Source of the DNA: Patescibacteria group bacterium UBA2773 | Lineage (GTDB): Bacteria; Patescibacteriota; Minisyncoccia; Moranbacterales; DUUL01 | DNA length: 64,000 nucleotides | Assembly: GCA_002352465.1 (NCBI GenBank) | Contig: DEIN01000008.1 | Coordinates: 564-64,563, forward strand | Reading direction: 5' to 3' | Part shown: piece by piece, positions 8,888 to 19,263 of the stretch | Position numbering within the stretch: the stretch's first letter is position 1 | How the letters are laid out: the number at the start of each line of letters is the position of its first letter | The notes under the pieces: generated by a model | Database searches by the model: none | The model's input: only the letters and a program-made list of their open reading frames with translations | What the model was told of the DNA's origin: nothing | Made by a program: the position numbers and the translations under genes

Positions 8888-9054
8888 CATAAATCAAGCA
8901 TTCTCAAACTCAAGGTAAATTAGGTCGTCTTTGAAACTTTCTTTGAAGCCTATCTAATATCATTTCTTCACAAGACTACTTAGGTGATTGCAGTTTTGTT
9001 GTGAAATTTATTCTCTTGCTTGTTTTGATAAAAAGTAAAATAATTTTCAAAGGA

Positions 9055-9158
9055 TTAGGATTTAGTTTTAACTATTATTTCGTTGGAATATTTTAAAATA
9101 TTAATCTAATTAATAATTCAAAATTTTAGCAGAAATAATAATTAAAACTAAATCCTAA
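9055..9158. repeat. ~104-bp palindromic MITE-like element
   Basis: 27-bp terminal inverted repeats, 26/27 identical (9055-9081 / 9132-9158). Confidence 0.75.
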
Positions 9159-9197
9159 GGTCAAAAAATAACAAAAAAGTTTCTTGGTTTTTTAATT

Positions 9198-10577
9198 TCA
9201 ATCAGGTTTGTAGACAATCATTTGATCAACATTGGCGGTTCTTCTGTATAAACTACTAACTAATTTTTTAGAAGTGCCTAATAATAGATTTGAACCCCAG
9301 TAGGGGTCGTGAACCACAAAATCATCATTTTTAGAATCATAACCGTGAACAACTACATAATGGCCACCTGCGCCTCCATTGATATAAACAATGACGGGAT
9401 TTTCATCATCAATTAAATCTTCAACATCATCCCAGTCGATATTTCCATGATAAGTTCCATATTTATCTTTTTTTAATTTCATATCAAATTTTTTAGGAGC
9501 AGAACTCCAATCAATATAACCTTGACTAGTAAAAGATGATGCATCGACTAAGTCTTCTGGATCAACTTTCTCGTCGTGATAAGTGAAAACCATAGCAATT
9601 GAAGTAATGGCACAACCTGAATCGCCAATAGTATAACGACTACCACCTAATTTTTCACTAGCCCATTCTTCATCTAATTGAGAATAATACCAATTAGTTG
9701 AAGCCAAGCCCTTTTTCGGTTTTTCGGCATTTTTTAAAATATAGTCTAGCTCTTTTTGTTCGGCCACGGAAAGAGAATCTACGTCAATTAAGAGTTGTTT
9801 CATTTGACTTTCAATTTTGGAAATCAAAGCCTTGTAATTAGCTTCTTCTCCTTTGGTTCGATTTAAAAGACTTCCCTTTTCATTTTTTTTAAGATCCAGT
9901 TTTTGTTTTTCCTTATCTAATTCAGATTTTTCACTATTCAATTTGCCTCTTTCTAACTGTTCATTTTCTTTCTCTTCTGCTAATAGTTCTTTCTCTTCTT
10001 CTATTATTTTTAGTGCACTGTTAATTTTGGTTGAAATTTGACTTAAATAATCAGATTGACTAAAAGCTTGACTTAATCCATTCTCACTCGAAAGAAGGCT
10101 TAAGTTGAAAGATTGATTGAGTCGATGGTAGCCCCTGAGCATTTCCCCTAAACTTTTTTGATTTTCTTTGATGTTCTTAGTCTTGATTTTTATTTTTTCT
10201 TCAAGATTATCAATTTTTTTCTGAGTAGCGGCTATTTTTGAAGATAATGATTGGATGTCGCCCTTAACATCGTTCATTTCAAGATTTAAAATTTGGAGTT
10301 GGTTTGTTAGAGTTTGACCTTGTTGTTTTTTTAATTTAGCTAATTTTTCAGCGTTTTTCAGTTGATTTTCTAGGGTATCGTATTCTGTCTCTTCTGAATC
10401 AACCGTTTCTTTAAAATCTTCGCATTCTTCTTCGCTGTGATCTTTGCAATATTCTTCGATTCTATCATCAAATTCATCGGCTTGAATTTGCAGATTCGCA
10501 AAAAGCATTACAAAAAGCATCACCAATATCAGCAACGGTTTATTTAAGTAATTTGTTTTTGGAGTTTTTATGGACAT
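9198..10577 (-). CDS. Secreted coiled-coil protein with C-terminal C39-like cysteine peptidase domain
   Basis: Signal peptide, long coiled coil, YYSQLD..W, SGCAITSIAM, GHYVVVHG, HDPY. Confidence 0.8.
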   Translation of the reverse strand: MSIKTPKTNYLNKPLLILVMLFVMLFANLQIQADEFDDRIEEYCKDHSEEECEDFKETVDSEETEYDTLENQLKNAEKLAKLKKQQGQTLTNQLQILNLEMNDVKGDIQSLSSKIAATQKKIDNLEEKIKIKTKNIKENQKSLGEMLRGYHRLNQSFNLSLLSSENGLSQAFSQSDYLSQISTKINSALKIIEEEKELLAEEKENEQLERGKLNSEKSELDKEKQKLDLKKNEKGSLLNRTKGEEANYKALISKIESQMKQLLIDVDSLSVAEQKELDYILKNAEKPKKGLASTNWYYSQLDEEWASEKLGGSRYTIGDSGCAITSIAMVFTYHDEKVDPEDLVDASSFTSQGYIDWSSAPKKFDMKLKKDKYGTYHGNIDWDDVEDLIDDENPVIVYINGGAGGHYVVVHGYDSKNDDFVVHDPYWGSNLLLGTSKKLVSSLYRRTANVDQMIVYKPD

Positions 10578-10588
10578 TACATGTAATA

Positions 10589-12076
10589 TTAAATTTTTTC
10601 TATTGCATTTTTTATTCTTTTAATACTTTCTTCTTTGCCTAAAACCCAAGCTAATTCAAATGGGCTAGCGCTTTTTTCTTGACCGGACAAAGCCACTCGC
10701 AAAGGCCAAAGATGTTTGCCTCTAGCTTCTCCAATTTGGGCTAAAATATTTTTTTGAAATATTTCAGGGTCAGATAAATCAGCTTCAGCAGTGATTTTTA
10801 GAACCAAGACTAAGGCCTTTCTCAAATCCTCCGAAGTCATTTCTTTCCATTTTAAGAGCTCGGCGTTATAATCTAAATTTTTAAAATAGATATCTAAATT
10901 AACAGTAATGTCAGAAAGTTTTTTAATTCTAGATTTTTCAATGGTGATGATTTTTTTAATTTTTTCGGAATTTTCTTTAAGGTTATTTTTTTTGAAATAG
11001 GGTTTAAGATATTTTTGACATTTCGCCAAAAGTTCTTCATCGGTTTCTTTTTTTAGGTATTGGCTGTTCATCCAATCTAGTTTTTGATAGTTCAAAATTG
11101 CTCCAGCTTTATGCAATCCGGCTATTGAAAATTTTTCGATTAATTCAGCTTTAGTCATTAATTCCTGATCACTTTTGGGGCTCCAACCCAATAATGACAA
11201 AAAATTAATCAAAGCAGTCGGCAGATAGCCTTTGTCTTTGAAATCTTTCACACTGACATCACCTTGTCTTTTGGAAAGTTTTTTCTTATTTTCCCCGAGA
11301 ACATTAGGTAGATGAACAAATTTAGGCGGTTTCCAACCGAAAAATTTATATAATAAAATGTGTTTAGGCGTGCTGGGCAACCAATCTTCTCCCCTGAAAA
11401 TGTGAGAAATTTTCATTAAATGATCATCGACCACTACGGCGAAATGATAAGTTGGAAAACCGTCGGTTTTGATTAGCACTTGATCATCGATGGTATTGGT
11501 TTCGACTGCAATATTACCAAAAACTTTATCGGTGAATTTAATTATTTCATTTTCTGGAACTTTCATTCTAATCACATAAGGTTCTCCCTTTTTGATTTTT
11601 TCTTCAATTTCTTTCGGTTTTAGATCGCGACATTTTTTATCATACATTGGCGGTTGATTTTCGGCTTGTTGTTTTTCTCGAATTTTTTTTAACCGCTCAG
11701 CTGAACAAAAACAATAATAGGCTTCTCCGCTGTCGATAAGTTTTTGAATATATTTTTTATAAATCGCCAAACGCTCCGACTGAATATAGGGTCCTAATTC
11801 TCCCTTCTGGGCGATTTCTGAGTTTTTATCTAGAAAAATCCCTTCGTCAACATCCAATTTGGCCCAATTTAAAGTCTCAAAAATCTTCTTAGTGGCCTCT
11901 TGATCAAGTCTTTTTTGGTCGGTGTCTTCTACTCGGACTAAAAATGAACCTCTTTGATTTCGGGCGAAAAGCCAAGCGAATAAAGCCGTCCTTAAATTTC
12001 CAACGTGAATTGCTCCAGTCGGTGATGGAGCAAATCTAACTCGAATTTCACTATTTTTAGTTTTTGGGGTGTTCAT
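10589..12076 (-). CDS. gltX: Glutamate--tRNA ligase
   Basis: RVRFAPSPTGAIHVGN, AYYCFCS, KKLSKR. Confidence 0.97.
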   Translation of the reverse strand: MNTPKTKNSEIRVRFAPSPTGAIHVGNLRTALFAWLFARNQRGSFLVRVEDTDQKRLDQEATKKIFETLNWAKLDVDEGIFLDKNSEIAQKGELGPYIQSERLAIYKKYIQKLIDSGEAYYCFCSAERLKKIREKQQAENQPPMYDKKCRDLKPKEIEEKIKKGEPYVIRMKVPENEIIKFTDKVFGNIAVETNTIDDQVLIKTDGFPTYHFAVVVDDHLMKISHIFRGEDWLPSTPKHILLYKFFGWKPPKFVHLPNVLGENKKKLSKRQGDVSVKDFKDKGYLPTALINFLSLLGWSPKSDQELMTKAELIEKFSIAGLHKAGAILNYQKLDWMNSQYLKKETDEELLAKCQKYLKPYFKKNNLKENSEKIKKIITIEKSRIKKLSDITVNLDIYFKNLDYNAELLKWKEMTSEDLRKALVLVLKITAEADLSDPEIFQKNILAQIGEARGKHLWPLRVALSGQEKSASPFELAWVLGKEESIKRIKNAIEKI

Positions 12077-12785
12077 TTTGTTTGCTTAGTAATGCTAAAA
12101 TTGGGAATTTAATCACAGCGTTAAAAATTCTAAAAAATCGATTGGGTTGAAGTGTCAACCGCCATAACCATTCCAAGCCAAGCCGTCTTATAATTTTTGG
12201 GGCGCGTAGTTTTTTCTTGGTCCAAAAGTCCAAGGTGCCTCCAATTCCCATAATTATTCGAGCTTTTTTGAAATTTGAGAGATTGTTGTGAATAATTATT
12301 TCCTGATGAGGATGTCCGATGGCAACTAAAATTAATTGACAATTTTTTACTTGACTTGAATCAAAATTTTCAAGATTTTCAAGTTTAACTCCAATTAATT
12401 TAAAATCTTTTATCGCAGTCAAACTTTTTTCAATTTCTTTTTGGGTGCTCCAGCCTTCTTTCAGATATATTATTCCAGTTTTTAATTTTAAATCGGACGC
12501 TTTTTCTAATAAAAATTGAGCTAAATCGGCACCTGTTATTCTAGCACCAATTTTCTCTTTTTTCAACCAGCTGATAAATTTAATTCCAAATCCATCGGTG
12601 ATTCTGAGGTTAGCTGAATTAATAATTTTTTTGTATTTTAAATCTTTTTTAGCGGTTAAAAGGATCTCTGGGTTGAGCGTAACGATAAATAAAGGTTTTT
12701 TTGCAGATTTTTGCAGATTTTGCAAACATTTTTTTAAAACATTTTTTTTTGATTCTGAGTCAATTTTAACTCCAAAAATTTGCAT
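12057..12785 (-). CDS. WecB/TagA/CpsF family glycosyltransferase
   Basis: VTLNPEIL, DGFG, RITGADL, IGHPHQE, GIGGTLDF, RAP..IRRLGLEWLWRL..QP.R; start set at ATG 12785. Confidence 0.9.
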   Translation of the reverse strand: MQIFGVKIDSESKKNVLKKCLQNLQKSAKKPLFIVTLNPEILLTAKKDLKYKKIINSANLRITDGFGIKFISWLKKEKIGARITGADLAQFLLEKASDLKLKTGIIYLKEGWSTQKEIEKSLTAIKDFKLIGVKLENLENFDSSQVKNCQLILVAIGHPHQEIIIHNNLSNFKKARIIMGIGGTLDFWTKKKLRAPKIIRRLGLEWLWRLTLQPNRFFRIFNAVIKFPILALLSKQNEHPKN

Positions 12786-12798
12786 TTTAAAAAATAAT

Positions 12799-13821
12799 TT
12801 ATTTAAGAAATTTATCGTTTTGTAAGTCTTTAACGAGAACACTCAAGGCAGTAGCGAAAGGAATAGCAATCAACATTCCCAAAACTCCCAATAGACTAGC
12901 GCCGGTCATTAAGGCCAAAATCACAACCACTGGATCCAAGCCAACCGCTTTTTTCATAATCAATGGGGTGAAAATGTGATGTTCCATTTGTTGGATAACT
13001 AGATACAAAATAGCGACAAAAACCGCAGTCAAAGGAGAAACGGTCAAGGCGATTAAAACGGCTGGAACGAAAGAAATAAAAGGTCCAATATAAGGAACTA
13101 TTTCAAAAAATCCACCCAATAAAGCCAACAAAAGAGCATAAGGAACACCTAGTAAGGATAAGATCAAAAATTCTAAACCAAAAATCAAAAAAGCAATTGA
13201 AACTTGTCCAATCAACCAATTGCCCATTTTATTTTGAATTCGCTTGGTTAAACCAATAAAATAAACTTTATGCTTATTGGGTAAAATAAAACCTAAAAAT
13301 CCTTTAATGCCTTCTTTTTTAACAATCATATAGAAAGCCAAAGCGAAAATAATCAAGCCCTTGAATAAATTAGCCAGAAAAGCAAAAGAGTTGGAAAATA
13401 TTTGAGAAATTAAATCAGCCAAAGTGGAAGAAACGTTACTGATCAAGGTTTGCAGATCAATTTCCAAATTAGACCCAGCTACTAAAGTATTCAGATTAAT
13501 TAAAAATCCATTAATATTTTTAAAATAATCGGGAATATTTTCGCCTAATTGTTTCAGCTCAAAAATTAAAACTGGGATTATTAAATAAAGACAAAGAAAT
13601 ATCAAACTGAAAAAAATTGAATATAAAGCGACAGCACTAACCATTCGGGGAATTTTTTTGGCTTGAAGTTTGTCCACTAATGGCTCTAAAGTGCTAACAA
13701 TAATAATTGAAATAAATAAAATGAGAAAGACTCCTTTGATAAGAAACAGTAACCATAAAATTAAAATAATCGCGGTTATTCTAATCAAGGTGTTGGTAGA
13801 AATTTCGATTGAATTTTTCAT
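12799..13821 (-). CDS. AI-2E family transporter
   Basis: Multi-TM; EIVPYIGP, IQQMEHHIFTPLIM, GMLIAIP. Confidence 0.9.
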   Translation of the reverse strand: MKNSIEISTNTLIRITAIILILWLLFLIKGVFLILFISIIIVSTLEPLVDKLQAKKIPRMVSAVALYSIFFSLIFLCLYLIIPVLIFELKQLGENIPDYFKNINGFLINLNTLVAGSNLEIDLQTLISNVSSTLADLISQIFSNSFAFLANLFKGLIIFALAFYMIVKKEGIKGFLGFILPNKHKVYFIGLTKRIQNKMGNWLIGQVSIAFLIFGLEFLILSLLGVPYALLLALLGGFFEIVPYIGPFISFVPAVLIALTVSPLTAVFVAILYLVIQQMEHHIFTPLIMKKAVGLDPVVVILALMTGASLLGVLGMLIAIPFATALSVLVKDLQNDKFLK

Positions 13822-13846
13822 TTTATTGTTGATTATTGATCAAAAT

Positions 13847-15121
13847 TTATTTAAATGTTAGATATTGGTCCAAAGCTTGATTGTTTTGATGCGGTCCAAT
13901 TATAGCTAAATTTAAATTTTCATCTTTAAAAATTTCGCTAGCTACTCGCATTAAATCATCAGCCGTGACGGCATCAATTTTTTTGAAAATCTCAGCTGGC
14001 TTCTTAATTTTTTTTCTAAATAATTCTTGATTTCCCAGATAGGAAGCGACAGCTGTTGATGATTCCAACGACATCAAAGTTTTACCCTTGATATACTCTT
14101 TGACTTTTCGAAGCTCTTTTTCGGAAACTTTTTTTTGAGTAGTTTTTTTGAATTCTTTCAAAATTAGTTGAATGGTTTCCTCCAAATTTTTATGTTGGAC
14201 ACCGGCGCTAGCAAAAAAATATCCAGAATCGGTGTATTGTTCGGCGTCTGAATTGACGTAATAAGTCAAACCTCGCTTCTCCCTCAATTCATCGAACATT
14301 CGACTACTCATTCCTCCCCCTAAAATAGTGGCCAATAAACCGATCGGATAGCGATCTTCTTCGAACATATTGACTGATTTAACCCCGATAATTAAATGAG
14401 TTTGGTCGGTTTCTTTAGCGTGAATTCTCAATTGAGGTCTTCTTTGATTTTGAGTCGTTTTTAATTTTTCAGTTTTTTCTTTGAGCTGAGGGTTTTTTTC
14501 AAAAGAACCTTTTATTTTTTTCAAAACATTATTTTTATCAAAGTTTCCAGCCACAACAATCACGGTTGATTGTGGAATATAAAAAGTTTTTAAGTAATCT
14601 AAAAAGTCTTTTCTTTTAAAACGATTGATATTCTCAATCGTTCCAATGATGTCCCAGCCAGCCGGTTGGTTACCATAAAATAAATTTTCAAAAACATCCC
14701 AAACGTGGTGCATCGGCATATCTTTATACATTGCCATTTCCTGCAGAATTACCCCTCGTTCTTTGTCGATTTCTTCTTGTTTAAAAGTCGAATTTAAATA
14801 AATATCGCTAACCACGTCCAAGGCCATTTTTAAGTGTTGCTTGGGAACTTTTACCCAGTAGCCAGTTTGTTCTTTGCCAGTGAAGGCGTTGAATGCTCCG
14901 CCAACACTATCTAATTCTTCTGAAATTATTTTAGCCGTAGGGCGTTTCTTTGTGCCTTTAAAAATCATATGTTCTAGGAAATGTGAAATTCCATTGTTGT
15001 CAGCGGTTTCGTATTTAGAACCAGCTTCAACTAAGATTTGAATTGTCACGGTTTCGGTTCCTGTATTGGGGGCTAAGATTATTCGGGTGCCATTTTTTAA
15101 AATTTCTTTAGTGTATTGCAT
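13847..15121 (-). CDS. M16 family zinc peptidase
   Basis: GISHFLEHMIFKGT (HxxEH), NAFT, LGGGMSSRMF..LREKRGL. Confidence 0.93.
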   Translation of the reverse strand: MQYTKEILKNGTRIILAPNTGTETVTIQILVEAGSKYETADNNGISHFLEHMIFKGTKKRPTAKIISEELDSVGGAFNAFTGKEQTGYWVKVPKQHLKMALDVVSDIYLNSTFKQEEIDKERGVILQEMAMYKDMPMHHVWDVFENLFYGNQPAGWDIIGTIENINRFKRKDFLDYLKTFYIPQSTVIVVAGNFDKNNVLKKIKGSFEKNPQLKEKTEKLKTTQNQRRPQLRIHAKETDQTHLIIGVKSVNMFEEDRYPIGLLATILGGGMSSRMFDELREKRGLTYYVNSDAEQYTDSGYFFASAGVQHKNLEETIQLILKEFKKTTQKKVSEKELRKVKEYIKGKTLMSLESSTAVASYLGNQELFRKKIKKPAEIFKKIDAVTADDLMRVASEIFKDENLNLAIIGPHQNNQALDQYLTFK

Positions 15122-15126
15122 TGGTT

Positions 15127-16068
15127 TTAGTTATTTCTAGAAAAACGAGTTAAGCCTCCAAAAGGAATAATTTCAATTCCCCTTTTTTCTAATTGGTCTA
15201 AAATTAAATTCATTCCAATTGAATCAGAGGAAATATGTCCAGCGATAACAACATTGATGTGGGCTTTTTCGGCACTTTCTCGATGTTTTTCGCTTTGGTG
15301 CATGGCGATTGTAGTGCCAATTCCAGCGTTAGCCATTGCTTGATAAATTTCGATTGAGCCTTCAGTTCCGCCAGTTATTTCAGAAACTACGATTTTTCCG
15401 CAACGGCTAGTAGGTTTTCCGGAGAATAAAGTTGGACCGTTGAATCTTCTTTTGGCTTCTTGATATTCAGGAATTTTCATTAAAGTTTTTAGAATATCCT
15501 TAATATAGCGCGGTTGACTTTTTTTAATTGTCTGTTGAAGCAGATGAGCTACGCAGTTATCAGCGGGAGTGTGAATGTTGATTAAATTAATTCCTAAAAG
15601 TTTAGCAGCATCAACTATGTTGTAGTGATTGGCGGGATTAATGCCTCTCGATACTTCTGAAATTCTTTTGTGAGTCAATTTTTCAGCAATATTAACTGGT
15701 ACTCCAAATTTTTCATAAGCGTCTATTTGCAAATTCATTACATCATCTAGTTTGCTCAGAGCTTTTCCGACTGGATGATGATTGATAATCAAATCGACTT
15801 TTAACTCTTTAGCTAATAACAAACTACCGATTGTGATGTCAATTCCGGCTAAAACCTTTTTTATTTCTTTTCCATTGTCAAAATGAACAGTTGAATCAGT
15901 GTAAGGATTTATCAAATCTTCTTGATCAAAATAAGACTTCTCTTCTTTGGACAGTTCATTGTAAATTTCTTTCTTTTGGTCTAAAAATTCTTTAATTTCC
16001 TCTTTGGAGCGAAAATCATTTGCTATTCCTTGTTTAATGGCTAAATCAAAAATTTCTTTAACTTTCAT
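15127..16068 (-). CDS. NIF3 / NGG1p-interacting-factor family protein
   Basis: NPYTDS, LAGIDI, HHPVG, HTPADN, AGHISSDSIGMN. Confidence 0.8.
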   Translation of the reverse strand: MKVKEIFDLAIKQGIANDFRSKEEIKEFLDQKKEIYNELSKEEKSYFDQEDLINPYTDSTVHFDNGKEIKKVLAGIDITIGSLLLAKELKVDLIINHHPVGKALSKLDDVMNLQIDAYEKFGVPVNIAEKLTHKRISEVSRGINPANHYNIVDAAKLLGINLINIHTPADNCVAHLLQQTIKKSQPRYIKDILKTLMKIPEYQEAKRRFNGPTLFSGKPTSRCGKIVVSEITGGTEGSIEIYQAMANAGIGTTIAMHQSEKHRESAEKAHINVVIAGHISSDSIGMNLILDQLEKRGIEIIPFGGLTRFSRNN

Positions 16069-16126
16069 ATTCTTCTTTAAGGTTAAATGATGTTTTTATA
16101 ATATCATTTAATCAAGCTTTATTCAA

Positions 16127-16162
16127 GCAAAAAACCAGCCCTGTCGAGGTGCTGGTTTTTGC
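16127..16162. terminator. Intrinsic terminator hairpin
   Basis: GCAAAAAACCAGC...GCTGGTTTTTGC downstream of the 16180-17601 gene. Confidence 0.65.
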
Positions 16163-16179
16163 TAAATTTTTCTAGAGTG

Positions 16180-17601
16180 TTATTTTTTGTTTAGTTCCCA
16201 ATCTTGATTGGTGTTAACTAAATATTTTTGACTATTTTGATCTTCATTAATTATTTCAATTTCTCCTTTAACGGCAGAAATTCCAGATTGTTTTTGAATC
16301 ATTAGATTATAGTTTTCGGAATTAAAATTGACTGGTAGGCGATATTCAAAATGAAAAGTTTTGGTTTTTCCCAGGGGAACTTGAATTAGGGTTCCAAAAT
16401 ATTTTTTATTAAATTCTTCTCCAAATTTCATCGGATGAAAATTATTAGAACCTAAAAGCCAACTTTCTCTGGGGGTATAGACTCTCAAGTAGCTTTGGTA
16501 ATTATTAGTCATCCAGTCTTTGACTCTGGCTGTATTAGTGTAAGTTAAATCTAAATTAGCAATTGGGGCATTTCCAGAAAAATCAACTTGATATTTGAAT
16601 GATCTTGCCATTTTTAAATCGGTTTTATAAGCTGCTAGATTGGCATCGACAAACATTAAATAATCATTAGGATATTCGGCTATTACTTCTCCATCCCAAT
16701 CTAATTTGAGAATTTCTTCCTGAAGTTCAACATCGGAAAATTTCAACATAACATCTTTTTGGTTTAGATGTTTTTCCAAGGCTAGTAATAAATCTTTTTT
16801 TTCATTTAATCCAAGCGCTTGAACTTTATTTAAAATTTCTTTAGCTAAATATTTCATAATATATTTTCGTTGACCTTTATCGATGTTCTGTTGCCAATAG
16901 CCTTTTTCAACTTGATATTCAAGTTTTTCGATTGCATTTTCGCTAGTGTATTCTCCAGGAAAGCCTTCGATTGAAATTGAACCAACTGCTTCAAGGAAAG
17001 AGCCAAGAAGTTCAGTCGAAATTGCGATGACTCCGTCAAATTTTTCTTCTCCTCCTTCCATTTTATACATATCAATGGCTTTTTGAGCGTTGATTGAAAA
17101 ATCTGGCGACCAGTTGCTGTCTCGCATTTCCCAATTTTTTATACTCAGAGTTTCGGACATTGGATAAGGGGGTGTTATCCCGGTGGCAATTCTATCATCA
17201 AAAATGTTCGTATCATGAATGTCAATTTCAATCACTTTGCCATTTTGAATTTTTAATATTCCAAAAGAACCAATGAAACCTCCCCCAGGTCTTAACTCCA
17301 TATTATTTTGCAATAAAATCAAAAAAGTTTGGACTTCTTTTTTTTCGGTTAAAATTGAAGCAATCTTAAAAATTGATTTTAGTTCAGTTTTTTGTTGTTC
17401 TTCGATCGGGGCTATTTTTAATAACGGACTAAATAAATTAGCTATTCCTATCAATCCATTTTTTTGATTTTCTAAAAATAAAAACCAAGCGATTAGAAGA
17501 GTGACTGACAATGACCAAAAAATTAGCCAAAATTTCCAGCCTTTTTTTTGAGGTCTATCTTTAATTCCTTCTAGATTAATTGAAAAATTTGAGTTGTTCA
17601 T
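16180..17601 (-). CDS. DUF4012 domain membrane protein
   Basis: FLILLQNNMELRPGGGFIGS, MRDSNWSPDF, DGVIAI, YLRVYTP. Confidence 0.85.
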   Translation of the reverse strand: MNNSNFSINLEGIKDRPQKKGWKFWLIFWSLSVTLLIAWFLFLENQKNGLIGIANLFSPLLKIAPIEEQQKTELKSIFKIASILTEKKEVQTFLILLQNNMELRPGGGFIGSFGILKIQNGKVIEIDIHDTNIFDDRIATGITPPYPMSETLSIKNWEMRDSNWSPDFSINAQKAIDMYKMEGGEEKFDGVIAISTELLGSFLEAVGSISIEGFPGEYTSENAIEKLEYQVEKGYWQQNIDKGQRKYIMKYLAKEILNKVQALGLNEKKDLLLALEKHLNQKDVMLKFSDVELQEEILKLDWDGEVIAEYPNDYLMFVDANLAAYKTDLKMARSFKYQVDFSGNAPIANLDLTYTNTARVKDWMTNNYQSYLRVYTPRESWLLGSNNFHPMKFGEEFNKKYFGTLIQVPLGKTKTFHFEYRLPVNFNSENYNLMIQKQSGISAVKGEIEIINEDQNSQKYLVNTNQDWELNKK

Positions 17602-17603
17602 AT

Positions 17604-19034
17604 TTAATTAAAATTAATTTTTTTAAAACGATTATTAATATTATCTTTTCCTAAGTTTAAAATAATCCCATACATTAACCAGAAAATAATAGCGGTTGGA
17701 CCAAAAATTAAAACATTGCTAGTCAATCCTTCTAAGAGCAAACTTACAAAACAAGAGGCGACAATAACAAACCAAATGCGTTCTCCCTTTTGAGTGCTTT
17801 CGTATTTTTTATATATGTCAATAAAATATTGCCAAAGAATTCGAATAAAAAGAATTAGTCCGATTATTCCATAATTACTCCAAAATAATAAATAAGAATT
17901 ATTTTGAAGAGTTTGGCTAGAGAAACCTTCTTCTTGAGAAGCGAGGCCTTCTCCTAGAATCCAATTATTTTTAATTGTTTCAAAACCACCAAACCATTGT
18001 TTTAAATTTTCATTAGAAACAACTTCAATAGAAGAATAAATACTCGGTAAAATCATTGTTAAAATGATTAAATAGATAGCGGTTAAGGTGATTAAAATTC
18101 TTTTTTTAGTGAGAATTCCCATCGTCATAACTCCAATTCCTAAGAAAATCAAACTTGAATAAGCAAAGGTTAAAAATAATCCAATCAATTGAATTAATAA
18201 TAAAATGGACATCCAAATTTTTTTTCTGAAAAGTTTACGATTTTTGAATTTTTCTTTAAAGATTTGTACTTTATAAATACTGTCTAACAATTTAACTTTG
18301 TTTTTTTTCTTTACTTTCTTTTTGATTAGGTTTTTTTCTTGTTGTTGATTCAAAAGTAAAAAACCAAGAGTTGAAATAATACTGATTATTAATAAAGCGG
18401 CTAAAGGATTGGCTCCAATTTGATCGGTTGAACCAATTCCTAAAAATCCGTTAATTTGATGAGTAGATTGATTAAAAATCAAATGCTTTGACTTACCGGT
18501 GGAAATTCCCATCCCGATTGATGTTTGCCAGTTACCTAAAAACATAATAATTCCAAAAATAGAATGAGTAACGTTTACGGCTATTACGAGAGAAAAGAAA
18601 CGTCTTATTCTTTTTTGGGTTTGAAAAAAATATTGAAAACCAACCAGTAAAAACCAGATTAAAATCATATTTAAGGAAATTTTCCAAATCGAACTTCTTA
18701 TAAGTAAATCGAAGATTAATCCAAAAAATAAATAAGAAGAACTGATTAAAAACATAAGAAAAAATGGAAAAGTCAGCTTGTTTTTTAAAACTTTTTTGTC
18801 AGTTTGGGCTAGTTTAATCATTCCAATTATTGAAATTAAAAAAAGTAACAAATCAAATAAAGAAAGATTTCCAGAACCCAGTTTTATTGTTGGGAATAAA
18901 ATAACTAATCCTAGTAAATATAACCAACCTTTAGAAAAACTTTTCGAAAAAATAAAAATAGCCACTAACAAAATAGCCACAAGAACGGTTGCTAAAATAT
19001 TTAAGGTTAAAACTATATTTAAAGTAGAGATCAT
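17604..19034 (-). CDS. Polytopic membrane protein, O-antigen ligase/polymerase-like
   Basis: About 12 TM segments; N.LAA.L, LTFAYSS, ILGEG, NNSYL...GIIGL pattern of Wzy_C. Confidence 0.6.
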   Translation of the reverse strand: MISTLNIVLTLNILATVLVAILLVAIFIFSKSFSKGWLYLLGLVILFPTIKLGSGNLSLFDLLLFLISIIGMIKLAQTDKKVLKNKLTFPFFLMFLISSSYLFFGLIFDLLIRSSIWKISLNMILIWFLLVGFQYFFQTQKRIRRFFSLVIAVNVTHSIFGIIMFLGNWQTSIGMGISTGKSKHLIFNQSTHQINGFLGIGSTDQIGANPLAALLIISIISTLGFLLLNQQQEKNLIKKKVKKKNKVKLLDSIYKVQIFKEKFKNRKLFRKKIWMSILLLIQLIGLFLTFAYSSLIFLGIGVMTMGILTKKRILITLTAIYLIILTMILPSIYSSIEVVSNENLKQWFGGFETIKNNWILGEGLASQEEGFSSQTLQNNSYLLFWSNYGIIGLILFIRILWQYFIDIYKKYESTQKGERIWFVIVASCFVSLLLEGLTSNVLIFGPTAIIFWLMYGIILNLGKDNINNRFKKINFN

Positions 19035-19263
19035 TAATCCTATGAAAATTGGTAGAATCAGATTTCTTTCAAAATTTTTATTAAACCAATTCTGACTTTT
19101 TTTAATCCAATTAGATTGTTTTATGATTTTTCTTTAAAGATAAAAATTAATCAAATTTAGCTTGAATTATAACATAAAAATTATATTTTGGCAATAGAAA
19201 AAACTCAAAATTTACTTTCGAGTTTTTGTTTTCTGTGTATGAGCTATTTTGAAGCTTTTTTGG

